Assembly (NCBI GenBank): GCA_051313645.2 | Contig: JBNRSN020000018.1 | Coordinates: 80,104,001-80,168,000 of the forward strand | Source: Centroscyllium fabricii | Taxonomy: Eukaryota | Direction of reading: 5' to 3' | DNA length: 64,000 nucleotides | Part shown: positions 1 through 13,341 of the stretch, piece after piece | Layout of the letters: the number at the start of each line of letters is the position of its first letter | Numbering within the stretch: the stretch's first letter is position 1 | The notes under the pieces: model-generated | Told to the model about the DNA's origin: nothing | Seen by the model: the letters and a program-made list of their open reading frames with translations, nothing else | Database searches by the model: none | Made by a program: the position numbers and the translations under genes

Positions 1-655
1 TGTTTTTTTATTGTATTAGGAAATGTTCACGTACATTATTTTAAGATGCATTTTCACACATTAACCCTGAACTTTAAAATTAGCCACACCAGCTACGCAG
101 CAGTGCAACTTTTAAAATCACGGTCAAATATCTATGCTTTAGGAAGCAGGTTGTTCAAAGAATTTTTCTGGGCAGAAAAAGCTAGAGAGCTGAACCATTC
201 ATAGATACACATGCTAGCACCTCCACATCACAGGAAATGAGAGCTGCTTAATGCAAGTTGGATACTCATAGCTTTCCAGCTACAACCCATGCTATGGTGC
301 ACTCCCCACCCACTGCACAAGGTAGATCTGATATGAAACCTGATAGGATTACCCACAGTATAATAAAATCCGACTGCAAGGCTTGAATAATCCAGTTTTG
401 TAAGACAAGATGCTTTTAAACAGAAAGAATAATGTGCCTGCAGGGTTGTGTAGGTAACTGGACTAATATGCCATCATTAGCTTCAAGAATTAATTGACAA
501 ATGGAAGTAACGGGTTTACCAAGCAGATCGGATCTAGAGAATGGAAAAAAGGCTTTGCCCCGTAGAAGAGCTGGGAGATGAATGTTGGCTGGAAAGTATA
601 ACCAATATGATCAGATTTGCTAAAACCACTAAACACCTAGGCAGGTACAACTAAT

Positions 656-1426
656 GGACCAGAGTTTGCTGTAGAAATAACAGTGAGGCCAACAGTGCTC
701 ACCGTTATTAAAGTTTAAATCAGCCAGCAACTTCCAGCGACCACACATTCGCGTTTAAATGCGGAAATCTGGAAGTTCCTGTAAGAGTTGCCCAGCTCTT
801 CCAGAAGCTGTGCTATCGTTATCTCACCGAGAGATTCAGCATTGAAACACACGGAAGGGTGTGAAGTTGCTGAACTGGTGTGACAGATACCCTCTAAACT
901 CACCAGAAAAAGCTGGGGCTTGTCCATTTCAGTATAAGTAATTTTTTTGCGGGGTGATTAAGTCTTAATGACTGCCAATCAACCTCGCTGGCTCTGAAAA
1001 TTAACTTTTACAAGTGTGGAGTCCCATTCTTTCAGATTTTAATTATTGTTGGAGATTTTTTTTTAATGTAATTTTTTAAAACTTTTTTTTGTCTCTTATC
1101 TCTCTCTTAAACCCATCTTTCTTTCCCTCTCTTTTGCTTTCTGTACCTGATTTGACATTCAATTCAATATTCTAACCGACACATTCCTGGTTCTTCAGTC
1201 CCTGCACTCCTCATTAGCGATTCTTCAATCGCATTGGTTAAGGAGATACATAGCTTGCTTGCGCTGTTCGCACAGGTCCCAGATCCCCTGTAGAGGGCGA
1301 TGCGCCAAAATGGCTTTCTAATTACAGCACGGTCCAGTGCAAAATCCCAAAACAAGTCTGTGGACAAGTGCAAGTGTAATGAAGAGCAGGTGCTGTTCAT
1401 TCACCACGGAGAGCAAAATCCTGCCC
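656..1426. mobile_element. Non-autonomous PIF/Harbinger-like DNA transposon (MITE)
   Basis: Degenerate TIRs GGACCAGAGTTTGCT / AGCAAAATCCTGCCC; 3-bp direct repeat AAT at 653-655 and 1427-1429; no credible ORF. Confidence 0.55.
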
Positions 1427-1723
1427 AATATGAATTGTTAAATTAATCTTATGGTAGAAATGATAACCAATTATCTTGACTTTTACAGATTTGACTTTTA
1501 CAAATTTCACTAACAGTAAGTGCAAAGGTATGACCGAAGACTGGAAAGAATTGATGACTGATGGGAACACACACACTCCCCACAATTTGGCTCAGGAAGC
1601 ATTTGATTCCAAGGCTATCAAATAGAAAATACATCAATTGGCATATTTCACACCCATTACCTACTTAAACTAATGCAAAAAGTCACACAACACCAGGTTT
1701 AAAGTCCAACGTTTTATTTTAAA

Positions 1724-1765
1724 TCACAAGCTTTCGGAGGGAGTGTCTGCCCCTTCGTCAGGCAA
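1724..1765 (-). ncRNA. Minimal type I hammerhead ribozyme (Penelope pLTR), stem II altered by a short duplication
   Basis: Minus strand reads TTGC CTGACGA A GGGGCAGACACTCCCTCC GAAA GCTT GTGA. Confidence 0.6.
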
Positions 1766-3965
1766 AGAGAAACTGAAGTCAAAGATCACACACATGGGGG
1801 AGGGGAGAAATTTGATCCCATACATCCAACCCTAGAGCACACAAGCATATTAGCATACCTTAACACCTCAGTCTGCAAACAATGGGGCACAATTGCAAAA
1901 CACAGTGTGATTTTTTTCCCCTTTTTTAAAGCAAAAAAGACACATCAAAAGGGTGCAGTCACAGGGCCTAACGCTAGTCTGCTGTAAATCCCACAGAATT
2001 AAGCCGAAGATGGTTCGGGTCTGGACGACTCCACGCCAGGCGGGGTCACATGTAGCGTGACATAAACCCAATATCACGGTTGAGGCCGTGCTCATGGGTG
2101 CGGAACTTGGCAATCAGCCTCTGCTCGACGATTTTGCGTTGTCGTGTATCTTGAAGGCCACCCTGGAGAATGCTCACCCGAAGATCGGAAGCTGAATGTC
2201 CTTGACCGCTGAAATGTTCCCCGACTGGGAGGGAACATTCCTGCCTGGCGATTGTTGCGCGGTGCCCGTTCATCCGTTGTCGTAGTGTCTGCATGGTCTC
2301 GCCGATGTACCATGCGCCGGAGCATCCTTTCCTGCAACGTATGAGGTAGACAACATTGGTCGAGTTACATGAGTATGTGCCATGTACCTGGTGTGTTGTG
2401 TCCTCACGTGTGATGATTGTATCTGTGCTGATGATTCGGCACGTTTTGCAGAGGTTGCTGTGGCAGGGTTGTGTGGTGTCGTGGTTGCTGTTCTCCTGAA
2501 GGCTGGGTAATTTGCTGCGAACTATAGTCTGTTTGAGGTTAGGTGGCTGTTTGAAGGCGAGTAGTGGAGGCGCGGGGATGGCCTTAGCGAGGTGTTCGTC
2601 ATCATCAATGACACGCTGAAGGCTGCGAAGAACATGGCGTAGTTTCTCCGCTCCGGGGAAGTACTGGACGACAAAGGGTACTCTGTTGGTTGTGTCCCGT
2701 GTTTGTCTTCGGAGGAGATCTACGCGATTTTTCGTTGTGGCCCGTCGGAACTGTCGATCGATGAGTCGAGTGTCATACCCCGTTCTTACGAGGGCGTCTT
2801 TCAGTGTCTGTCGCGTTCCTCCTCATCTGAGCAGATCCTGTGTATTCGCAGGGCTTGTCCATAGGGGATGGCTTCTTTAACGTGGTTCGGGTGGAAGCTG
2901 GATAGTGGAGCATCCTGAGGTTGTCCGTGGGTTTGCGGTAGAGGGAAGTGCTGAGGCATCCGTTTTTGATAGAGATTCGTGTGTCCAAGAATGAAACCGA
3001 TTCTGAGGAGTAGTCCATGGTGAGTTTGATGGTGGGATGGAACTTGTTTATGTTATCGTGTAGTCTTTTCAGTGATTCTTCGGAGAAACTACGCCATGTT
3101 CTTCGCAGCCTTCAGCATGTCATTGATGATGACGAACACCTCGCTAAGGCCATCACCGCGCCTCCACTACTCGCCTTCAAACAGCCACCTAACCTCAAAC
3201 AGACTATAGTTCGCAGCAAATTACCCAGCCTTCAGGAGAACAGCAACCACGACACCACACAACCCTGCCACAGCAACCTCTGCAAAACGTGCCGAATCAT
3301 CAGCACAGATACAATCATCACACGTGAGGACACAACACACCAGGTACATGGCACATACTCATGTAACTCGACCAATGTTGTCTACCTCATACGTTGCAGG
3401 AAAGGATGCTCCGGCGCATGGTACATCGGCGAGACCATGCAGACACTACGACAACGGATGAACGGGCACCGCGCAACAATCGCCAGGCAGGAATGTTCCC
3501 TCCCAGTCGGGGAACAATTCAGCGGTCAAGGACATTCAGCTTCCGATCTTCGGGTGAGCATTCTCCAGGGTGGCCTTCAAGATACACGATAACGCAAAAT
3601 CGTCGAGCAGAGGCTGATTGCCAAGTTCCGCACCCATGAGCACGGCCTCAACCGTGATATTGGGTTTATGTCACGCTACATGTGACCCCGCCTGGCGTGG
3701 AGTCGTCCAGACCCGAACCATCTTCGGCTTAATTCTGTGGGATTTACAGCAGACTAGCGTTAGGCCCTGTGACTGCACCCTTTTGATGTGTCTTTTTTGC
3801 TTTAAAAAAGGGGGAAAAAATCACACTGTGTTTTGCAATTGTGCCCCATTGTTTGCAGACTGAGGTGTTAAGGTATGCTAATATGCTTGTGTGCTCTAGG
3901 GTTGGATGTATGGGATCAAATTTCTCCCCTCCCCCATGTGTGTGATCTTTGACTTCAGTTTCTCT

Positions 3966-4003
3966 TTGCCTGACGAAGGGGCAGACGCTCCGAAAGCTTG
4001 TGA
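3966..4003 (+). ncRNA. Minimal type I hammerhead ribozyme (Penelope pLTR)
   Basis: TTGC-CTGACGA-A-GGGGC agac GCTCC-GAAA-GCTT-GTGA: CUGANGA and GAAA cores, stem II, palindromic AGCT stem III. Confidence 0.75.
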
Positions 4004-7000
4004 TTTAAAATAAAACGTTGGACTTTAAACCTGGTGTTGTGTGACTTTTTGCATTTGTCCACCCCAGTCCAACACCGGCACCTCCGCATTATGGCTACTT
4101 AAACTAGGTAGATGTTAAGAAGTGTGTACAGCAAAACATGATGATGTTACATATGATTTGGGAGGATTGAGAATAAGTCACACCCAAACTAAAAATGCGG
4201 GTCTCTGACTGTACGTTTGATAATCTCCATATGTGCATTCTAAAAGATAAAACAAACAAGTACTTGCTTCTGACCTCAAGATGAAAATAACACTAGGATA
4301 TTGGCAGGTCGTCAGGACCTAATGACCTGAAAGTATGGAACAGTGAAAAGTTAATGATACTACGCAGTGAGTGTACAGGATGAAGGAGGATAAGTTTGGA
4401 AAAAGTCAAATGTATTTCAACAAAGTGTACAAAACGTGGAACAAAGACAATAGAAAATAACTGTAAAGTTTTAACAAGTCACTGGGTCGAATTTCAGAAA
4501 GAGCTTTATTTCAATTACCAAAGTTCCTTAACCCATTGAAAATCTATTTCAATTAACAGTGATAATTGAAAAGGATTTAACCTTAAAATACTGTTTTCAG
4601 TATCTGCTGTGCTAAATGCCCACTTATTCAGCACAGCAAGAGGTCACAGCTGCAGCACCCTTTGAGCTCAACAGATAGGCAGGCTTATGCCACTAACAGT
4701 CTGTATTCCTGGGCCACAATGTGAATGATTAATGGCCATATCCCTGCCATACAAATTTCTCCTAAAAGTTATTTACATTTTGTAAAATCTTAAAAATTAG
4801 CTCAACCTACTGGATTAGTTCCAATCGCTGCACATTATTTTTAACATACAGCTGAGCAAAAACAATATACTTAGGAATTCTGTAACACAGATTTTAGTAC
4901 TGGCTGAGTGACAGATATTGTTTCCCACAAAGGAATACGAAAAGCGATTCTGCCCAGTTTTTTTATATTTTAAGTTTATCATCCTTTTATGGAAATCTTT
5001 AAACTCCTGGTGGTTGCTATAACTCAGCAGTTGCATTTGTGCAGATTCCAAGACAGATAAAAATGTCAAGACATGTCAAAAACAAGTCCTCACAAAACTG
5101 AACTTGCTCTCAACTAAAATGGAAAGAGTTTTACGTCATTAAGGGTTCTGTTAAAGACAAATCCTGGACCAAAGAAACCATGAGGTTTCAGTCCTTATTA
5201 TATTTTAAACTTACAGCAAAGTATATAGATGCAGCAGTGACAGGAAAAGCCATTTAAATTTTCTTCAATCTTCTGTTACCTTAAGCAGGCTCAACTCATC
5301 TCGCAATACATCTTCTGTAACTGTGCAAGAATTAGATAAGAACAATGTGCCTGTACTGGCATCAACTTTAAATAGATTAAATATTATAAACAGATCGCTG
5401 GCCTGGACAGTAATGCAAAGCTGCGAGACTGATGCTCTTGCAGAGAGCCAGCACGGCCTCAACGAGCTGAATGGCCTCACTCTGTGCTGTAACCATTCTA
5501 TGACTTTATGATTCTAATTGAGGGGCTCAAACAGCATCAAAGTATAAAAGCAAGTTTAGATGGTTTATAAAGTGATTGGAACCCCAGATTTACAAAATTC
5601 ACAAGTCATTAAAGTCCATGTAGGTAAAATCAAACTAGCTATTCCTATTCATTAAATCATGTGGTACATTTGCTTTATGTCACTTCACTATGTAAACCAC
5701 AGTCCCTTGCCAGCAAAATAAAATCACAATTTCTACAAATTACACAAAACACCACACAAGTATTTTCCAATTAACATCCCTCCTGGTTGGGAAGACATAA
5801 TCTGTTTGAGCTTCAGTCTTGTGGTGTAATCTATCATCTCAGTCCTTCAATGAGCTTCCACTTTAACATATGCTCCAATCCACGGGATAACCTGTACAAA
5901 ACAAACTCTTCAAGTTTTGTCTTTGGTTAATCCCTAACTTTCCATGTTGCTGTAGGGGCTGGTTTCTTTTACTACGGCACTGAACATTGATAGTTGGGTC
6001 ACTGCTCCCAGCCAGACTGCATCATCTGACATGAAGAAAAGATGAAAAGCTTTATTTACAATTTATTGCTCAAACATCCTCTTTCATCGTCTGATATTTA
6101 AATTACTGCTATAAGCAAACAGCTTCTGCATAGTCTACTACATCATTTTTCACTCATGTATGTTTCTGAAAACAAATAATTCCAACATACAAGCCATATT
6201 TGTGGCTTTAGTATCTACATTAATGAATCTGCATTTGTTGCCATTTTACTATGGCTACAGACATCAAAGACATATTTCCCCAACAACTTCACAGAAACCA
6301 CTAATTAATATCACATCATGAATCCAAAACATGAATCATCCGATACACTGAACTGCACAGAGACTGAATTGCTAATATGTGTACAAAATATCCTAATTGT
6401 GTAACCCTGCCCCTCATCCAGGTCATTTGAAATGAAAGGCATGCTGTTCAAATGTTGGAGAAATAGCCTGCTGGAAATAAACTATGCTCAAGAGGGACAG
6501 AATTTAAAAAAAATTTGCGTGGACATTAAAAAAAAATATGTTTATTCAACCATTACTTAACGCTGTTTGAAATTCTCTTTCTAAGCCTTTCCACCTTACT
6601 CTATCTCTATCTTCAAAACACATCTCTTCAGTCACATCTTTGGCTGCCTTCCCTAGTTCTCTCATACCTTGTTTGGTGTCCCTTGCTGCACTTCCCATCC
6701 AGTGATCCACCACCAGACATTTTACTACATTAAGGACAATTGGGTAGAGTTTCTGCTTTGGGCACAAGCGAGAAATTGCACCCAAAATGCGCTGGTTAGG
6801 TTACACTTTAAGTTTGTGCTAAAATTATTTGCATAATCAAAAACGCTAAATCATCCATGAACCAGCACCAGCGGGCAGCATATTTGAACGCAATTGTTTC
6901 TTCTTTTTTCCCCTCTTTCCATTATAAAGTATTCCTTGGTATATTTAAAAGTGGTAACCTAGTCCTGTTTTATTAATACAGCTGAAAATGGGTTTGTCAC

Positions 7001-7180
7001 CAAACATAAGCATTTTTAATAAGGATGACCAGTCCTTCACCTGTGAGTAACTCAAATTAAAATTACTGAAAATGACTTTATAAAAATTATACTAAACCAT
7101 TTAAAAAGTTTCATTTGTGTATGCCAGTCAGTTTCTTAGTATATTAAATAATTTGATACAAAGAAACATGCCTTTTATTA

Positions 7181-7318
7181 TTCATTCATGGGATGTGGGT
7201 GGCAAAGCCAGCATTTATTGCCCATTTATTCCCTAATTGCCCTCAAGAAGTTGGTGATAAGCCACCTTCTTAAATACAACTGAGTGGCAGAGGGCAGTTA
7301 AGAGTCAACCACATTGTG
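7181..7318 (-). mobile_element. Fragment of a bipartite non-autonomous derivative of the LINE at 35941-39013 (5' UTR piece joined to 3' tail)
   Basis: Minus strand has CAATGTGGTTGACTCTTAACTGCCCTCT (matches ~35966-35992), followed by AAGAAGGTGGCT..CACCA..TTCTTGAGGGCAATTAGGGA (matches ~38903-38945). Confidence 0.7.
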
Positions 7319-7441
7319 CAAATTGGCATAGGGGCAGATTAGAGGTTTAAATGTGTGGGAGGAAGGGGGTTTCGGTTCATGGGGCACTGGCACCATTACT
7401 GGGGAAAGAGGGAGCGGTTCTGTTGGGACGGGCTCCACTTG

Positions 7442-7845
7442 GGGCGGCACGGTGGCATAGTGGTTAGCACTGTTGCCTTACAGCACTAGAGACCCGGGTT
7501 CAAATCCAGCCTCAGGTAGTGTGTGGAGTTTGCACATTCTCCCCGTGTCTGCGTGGGTTTCCTCCGGGTGCTCCGGTTTCCTCCCACAGTCCAAAGATGT
7601 GCGGGTTAGGTAGATTGGCCAGGATAGATTGACCCTTGGTGTTAGGGGGATTGAATATGTGGGGTTACAGGGATAGGGTGGGATATGTGTCGGTGCAGGC
7701 TCGATAGGGATCGAGGGATATGGGGACAAGGCAGGGACAGGGTACTGGGTTTGGATGATCAACCATGATTTCATTGAATGGCGGAGCAGACTCGAATGGC
7801 CGAATGGCCTACTCCTGCTCCTATCTTCTATGTTTCTATATTTCT
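7442..7845 (+). mobile_element. tRNA-derived V-SINE (HE1-like) with CR1-type tail
   Basis: A box TGGCATAGTGG, B box GGTTCAAATCC, V-domain GGAGTTTGCACATTCTCCCCGTGTCTGCGTGGGTTTCC, tail GGCCGAATGGCCTACTCCTGCTCC(TATGTTTC)n. Confidence 0.9.
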
Positions 7846-8973
7846 AAACTGGGCTGGGACCAGTGTCCTGGCGAATCGAATAACTAGGGCAGCAGACAGG
7901 GCTTTAATCTAATGAAGGGGGTGGGGGGGAGGATTCAGGAAAGAGTAAATTTAAAAGCCGGGAGACAAATGTCAAGGCACTAGAGCAGAGTAGAGTTTGG
8001 GGTAAAAATAAGCAGAGTGGGTCAGGAAGGGACAGAGAGAGTAACAAAGGTATTAAGGCATTAGTGACTAAGTTGACATCAGGGAAAAAGAGAAATAAGT
8101 CAAAGCTAAAGGAACTATATCTGAATGCGCGAAGCATTTGCAATGAAACAGGTGAATGAATAGCGCAGATAGAGATTAACAGGTTTGATTTAAGAGCCAT
8201 AACGGAGGCGTGGTTGCAAAGTGGCCAAGGTTGGGAACAAAACAGGATCCATCCCTTTTAGGAGAGATAGGCAAAATGGAAAAGGAGAAGGAGCGGCCCT
8301 GATAACAGAGGATGGGATAAACACAGTAGAGAGAAAGGATCTTCGCTCCAAAAATCAAGTCGTAGAATCAGTTTGGGTGGAGCTCAGAAACAGCAAGGGG
8401 CAGAAAACATTGGTGGGAGTTGTTTATCGGCCCCCAAACAGTAGTTGTAATGTAGGGCAGAGTATAAATCAGGAAATTAGAGGTGCATGTAACAAGGGTA
8501 ATACAGTAATCATGGGGGACTTTAATCGACATATAGACTGAGCAAACCAAATTTGCAGTAATAGTGTGGAGGACGAATTAATGGAATGTACGCAAGATAG
8601 TTTTCTAGATCAGTGTGTTGAGGAACCAACTAGGGAACAGGTTATTTTAGTCTACTATTGTGTATCGAGAAAGGGTTAATTAATAACCTTGTAGTAGAGG
8701 CCTTTAGGGAAGAGTAGCCATAATGGTAGAATTTTATATTGAGTTTGAAAATGACTTGGTTAAATCCAAAACTACGGTCTCAAATCTAAACAAAGCAAAT
8801 CATGTAGGTATGAGGGGCAAGTTCGCTAATGTAGACTGGGAAACTACATTAAAAAGGTATGCAGTGGATGAGCAATGGCTCACATTTAAAGAATTAATAC
8901 ATAATTTACAACAAATATACATTCCTTTAAGGCACAAAACCCCACAGGAAAAGTGCTCCCACCTTGGCTAACA

Positions 8974-11023
8974 AGAACATAAGAACATAATAAGAATATA
9001 AGAAATAGGAGCAGGAGTAGGCCAATCGGCCCCTCGAGCCTGCTCCGCCATTCAACAAGATCATGGCTGATCTGATCCCAACCTCAATTTTATTTTAACT
9101 CTCCACCCCACCCAAACACGTGATCACCCGGGAGGCGAAAAACCAGATAAAAAACCCAGTAGCCAATTTGAGAGAAAAAATCTGGGAAATTCCTCTCCGA
9201 CCCATCTAGGCGATCGAAAACTGGTCCAGGAGATCACATGGCCGATCTGAACCTATCCTCACGTCCACTTGCCTGCCCGCTCACCATAACCCCTAATTCC
9301 CTTTTCTTCCAGGAAACTGTCTATCTCTGTTTTAAAATTATTCAAAGTAGTAGCTTCCACAGCTCTCTGGGGCAGCAAATTCCACAGCCCCACCACCCTC
9401 TGGGTGAAGAAATTCCTCCTCATCTCTGTCCTAAATGAGTCACCCCTTATCCTTAGACTATGGCCCCTGGTTCTGGACTCTCCTACCATCGGGAACATTC
9501 TTCCTGCATCAAGTCTGTCCAGACCAGTTAGAATTTTATACGTTTCGATGAGGTCCCCTCTCAATCTTCTAAACTCCAGAGAGTACAAACCCAGTCTACC
9601 CAGTCTCTCCCCATACGTCAATCCTGCCATCCCAGGTATCAGCCTGGTGAATCTCCTCTGCACTCCCTCCATTGCTAGAACGTCCTTCCTTAGATAAGGA
9701 CACCAAAACTGCACACAGTACTCAAGGCTTGGTCTCACCAAGGCCCTGTACAACTGCAGCAAGACCTCCCTATTCCTGTACTCAAAACCTCTCGCTATGA
9801 AGGCCAACATACCATTTGCCTTCTTAACCGCCTGCTGCACCTGCATGCTCACCCTTAGCGACCGGTGCACCAGGACACCCAGGTCTCGTTGTACTTCCCT
9901 TTCTCCTAATCTATTGCCATTCAGATAATAGTCGGCATTTCTATTTTTACCCCCAAAGTGGATAACCTCGCATTTATCCACATTATACTGCATCTGCCAT
10001 GTATCAGCCCACTCGCCCAACCTGTCCAAATCATCCTGGAGCATCCTGCTATCCTTCTCGCAGCACACACGCCCTCCCAGCTTTGTGTCATCTGCAAACT
10101 TGGAGACATTACATTTAGTTCCCTTTTCTAAATCATTAATGTATATTGTGAATAGCTGGGGTCCCAGGACTGAGCCCTGTGGTACCCCACTAGTCCCTGC
10201 CCGCCACCCAGAAAAAGACCCATTTACTCCCACTCTCTGCTTTCTGTCTGCCAACCAATTTTCAATCCAAGTCAATACCTTGCCCCCAATCCCATGTGCC
10301 TTAACTTTAAATGCTAGTCTCTTGTGCGGGACCTTGTCGAATGCCTTCTGAAAGTCCAAGTATATCACATCTACTGGTTCTCCCTGATCAATTTTCCCAG
10401 TTAAATCCTCAAAAAATTCCAGCAGATTAGTCAAGCATGATTTACCTTTTGTAAATCCATGTTGACTTTGTCCAATCCTGCGGCTGCTTTTCAAGTGCTC
10501 AGTGATTTCATCCTCTATTATGGACTCCAGCATCTTTCCCACTACCGATGTCAGACTTACTGGTCTGTAATTTCCTGCTTTCTCCCTACCACCCTTCTTG
10601 AATAGTGGGGTAACATTTGCCACCCTCCAATCCATGGGTACAGTTCCAGATTCCATCGATTGCTGGAAGATAATTAGCAATGCATCTACTATTTCCAGGG
10701 CTACCTCCCTAAGTACCCTAGGATGCAGACCATCAGGCCCCGGGGATTTATCGGCCCTCAATCCCTTCAATTTCCCTAACACCATTTCCCTGCAAATACG
10801 GATATCCTTCAATTCCTCCCCATCATCAAACCTTATTTTTCTCAATATCTCTGGGAGGTTAATTGTTCAGCCATTTCTTTGTTCCCCATTATCACTTCCC
10901 CTGCTTCTGACTGTAAGGGACCTACACTTGATTTCACCAATCTTTTCCTCTTTACATATCTATAAAAGCTCTCAGTCTGTTTTTATATTCCTTGCAAGCT
11001 TACTTTCATATTCTATTTTCCCT
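8974..11023 (-). mobile_element. Young 5'-truncated CR1-clade LINE (RT plus 3' UTR)
   Basis: Open 528-aa frame 9259-10845 with QHGFTKGKSCLTNLL, YLDFQKAFDKV, SGVPQGSVLGP, KFADD; (TTCTTATG)n-type tail at 8974-9005. Confidence 0.93.
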
Positions 11024-13341
11024 GGGAGAAGTTAAAGATAGTGTTAGATCAAAGGAAGAGGCTTATAATGCTGCCAAATGGTGTAGTGAGCCTGAGGATT
11101 GGGAGCATTTTAGAATTCAGCAAAGGAGAACCAAGAAATTGATAAAGGGAAAATAGAATGAGAGTAAACTAACAAGAGACATAAACACAGACTGTAAAAG
11201 CTTCTATAGGTATGTAAAAAGGAAAAGATTAGTGAAAGTAAATGTGGGTCCCTTGCAGGCTGAGACAGGAGAAATTATAATGGGGAATAAGGAACTGGCA
11301 GAAAAAATAAACAAATATTTTGTGTCTGTCTTTACAGAAGAAGATACAAAAAACTTTCTGGAAATAGTGAAGAACCAAGGGTCTAGCGAGAATGAGGAAC
11401 TGAAAGAAATTAGTATTAGTAAAAAGAAAAAAAATAGTACTGGAGAAATGAATGGGACTGAAAGCCAATAAATCTCCTGGACCTGATGGTCTACATCCTA
11501 GGGTTTTGAAAGAGGTGGCTATAGAGATAGAGGATGCATTGGTTGTCATTTTCCAAAATTCCACATGTCTCTGGATGGTTTGTCCAGGCCTCTGGATTGC
11601 CAGTGCAGTAACATAACCACGATGCTACCATACCCCAGCCTACGGGTGCCTGTGCACCTAAGAAAATTATTATTATTTGAAGAGCCTTCCCGAACCAGGA
11701 CAATCGGCAGAATCCCACATCGACTAGGGGTGTGTGGCCTGAATCGGTCAAATTGAATCGTGAACCAGCGTAAAAGTTTGTGGAAAGCACGAGTGAAAGT
11801 GGTTTGGGGTGAAACTCACTCACGTTTAAAATTCCCACATTTTTTGCACTGGTTCTGCTGATCCTGCCCGGATTGTGCTGATATAACAAGCGGAACTATA
11901 CAAGTACAAGATATTGCTCTCGGGAACATGAAGCTCCAGTTGGAGTCTATTGTGATTTCTTCTCATACATCTTAGGTTTACATAATCAAGAATACAATAT
12001 ATTCCAGCAAAACACTACAAAAGATTAAATATTATTCTGTGAATGGAGACCATATAACTGGTGAGCTATATATCTCCTTTCCTTTTAAGGAAACATAGTA
12101 TTCTAGAAAATCATCAGCATTAGGGTTGCAAAATTCCAGGGATTTTTTAAGAGGAAACTTTCCATGGGAATTTATGGGGATTTTGGGAATTGAGTTTTTT
12201 TGCACACTGATGGTTTTTGTCTCTGACCCGGATATTATCTTTATCATCAAAATAGACACACTGTTCCATACAAATAAAAACAAGCTTTCAAAATGTTATT
12301 TAGGTTATAACTTTGAACTTTATTGAACCCCCCACAAAAAAGTCTCATCTAAAATAAAATGAGCGTCAGCTTATTTAGCCCGTAATTTGTCCTTATTTTG
12401 GCCCTTTGAGTCTTCCACTCATCATTGCTCCTCCTGGTTCTCTGGCTCTGACATGTCCATTTCCTCCTCTGTGTCACTGTCTAGCTGTGTGGTGGACACT
12501 TCTGTATCTGGTTCAATAAGTTGTAGGTTTGCCCGGATAGCCACCAGTTTCTCCACTCTCTCGTTAGTCAGTCTGTTGCACACCTTTGTATGTGATTTCC
12601 CAAAAAGTGACCAGTTTCGTTCAGAGGCTGCTGATGAAGGTGGGATTTGGAGTATCACCGGTGACAGGGCCTCAGATGCACAAAGTCTCTTCCACCAGGT
12701 ATGTGCACTGATATGCTTGTATGATTCCCATATCCCATCCCCATTCCAAAGACCTTACTCGGTAGAGAACTTTGCCAGACTTCCCAGAACTTTGCCCATG
12801 TCCAGATTGAGGTGGCGTGAGAGGGTAGAAATCACACTGTAAGCGCTGTCGATCTGTTCTCCAGAAAGCATTTGTCTCCCAACATGCTTTGGGCCCAGCA
12901 GGTACGCTGCAGCATGAATCGGCTGGATACAAAATTCTTGATGCGTCAGTATGAATTGAACAATTGCCTTTTCCTCTGCTTTGAGCAGCAGGGATGTGGG
13001 CAGGGTAATGCTGATTTGTTCTTTTAAATCAGTAAAAAGCCTGAGAACATCTAACAAGACAGCGTCATCTCCTTCAGTCTGAGCAACTGCAGATGCTACT
13101 GGTGAGAGTAGTTTAAGGCTGCTAACCACTCTCTCCCAAAACACATCATCCAGCAGTATTTTCTTGATGGTGATTTCCATATCCCCAGACTGGGATATTG
13201 CCATTTCTTGCAGTGACTCCTTACCCTCCAGAAGGCTGTTGTACATTATGACAACGCCACCCCATCTCGTGTTGCTGGGCAGCTTCAGTGTGGTGTTCCT
13301 GTTCTTTGTCGTTTGCTTGGAGTTGCAGGTTGCTGTAACTA

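Larger units (their letters stand above)
1673..4094. mobile_element. Penelope-like element (GIY-YIG), 5'-truncated, with ~980-bp inverted copy
   Basis: GIY-YIG motifs NVVYLIRC..C...WYIGET...LRQRMNGH on + (3017-3592) and mirrored on -; RT C-terminus SFLDTRISI...YRKPTD on - (2773-3018); arms 1672-2650 and 3081-4055 are reverse complements; 12-bp TSD CTACTTAAACTA at 1661-1672 and 4095-4106. Confidence 0.93.
7319..11560 (+). mobile_element. CR1-clade LINE fragment (ORF1 end, APE endonuclease, start of RT), degenerate, interrupted by a SINE and an antisense CR1
   Basis: ESVWVELRNSKGQKTLVGVVYRPPNS...IMGDFN (8221-8541); PWLT|REVKDS split by the 8974-11023 insertion; KSPGPDGLHPRVLKEVA near 11470. 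Confidence 0.88.

Noticed and set aside
7442-7520. tRNA genes at the A/B-box motifs (also 25540, 28909, 39458)
   Set aside because: Each continues into a SINE/LINE body without a cloverleaf end or terminator.
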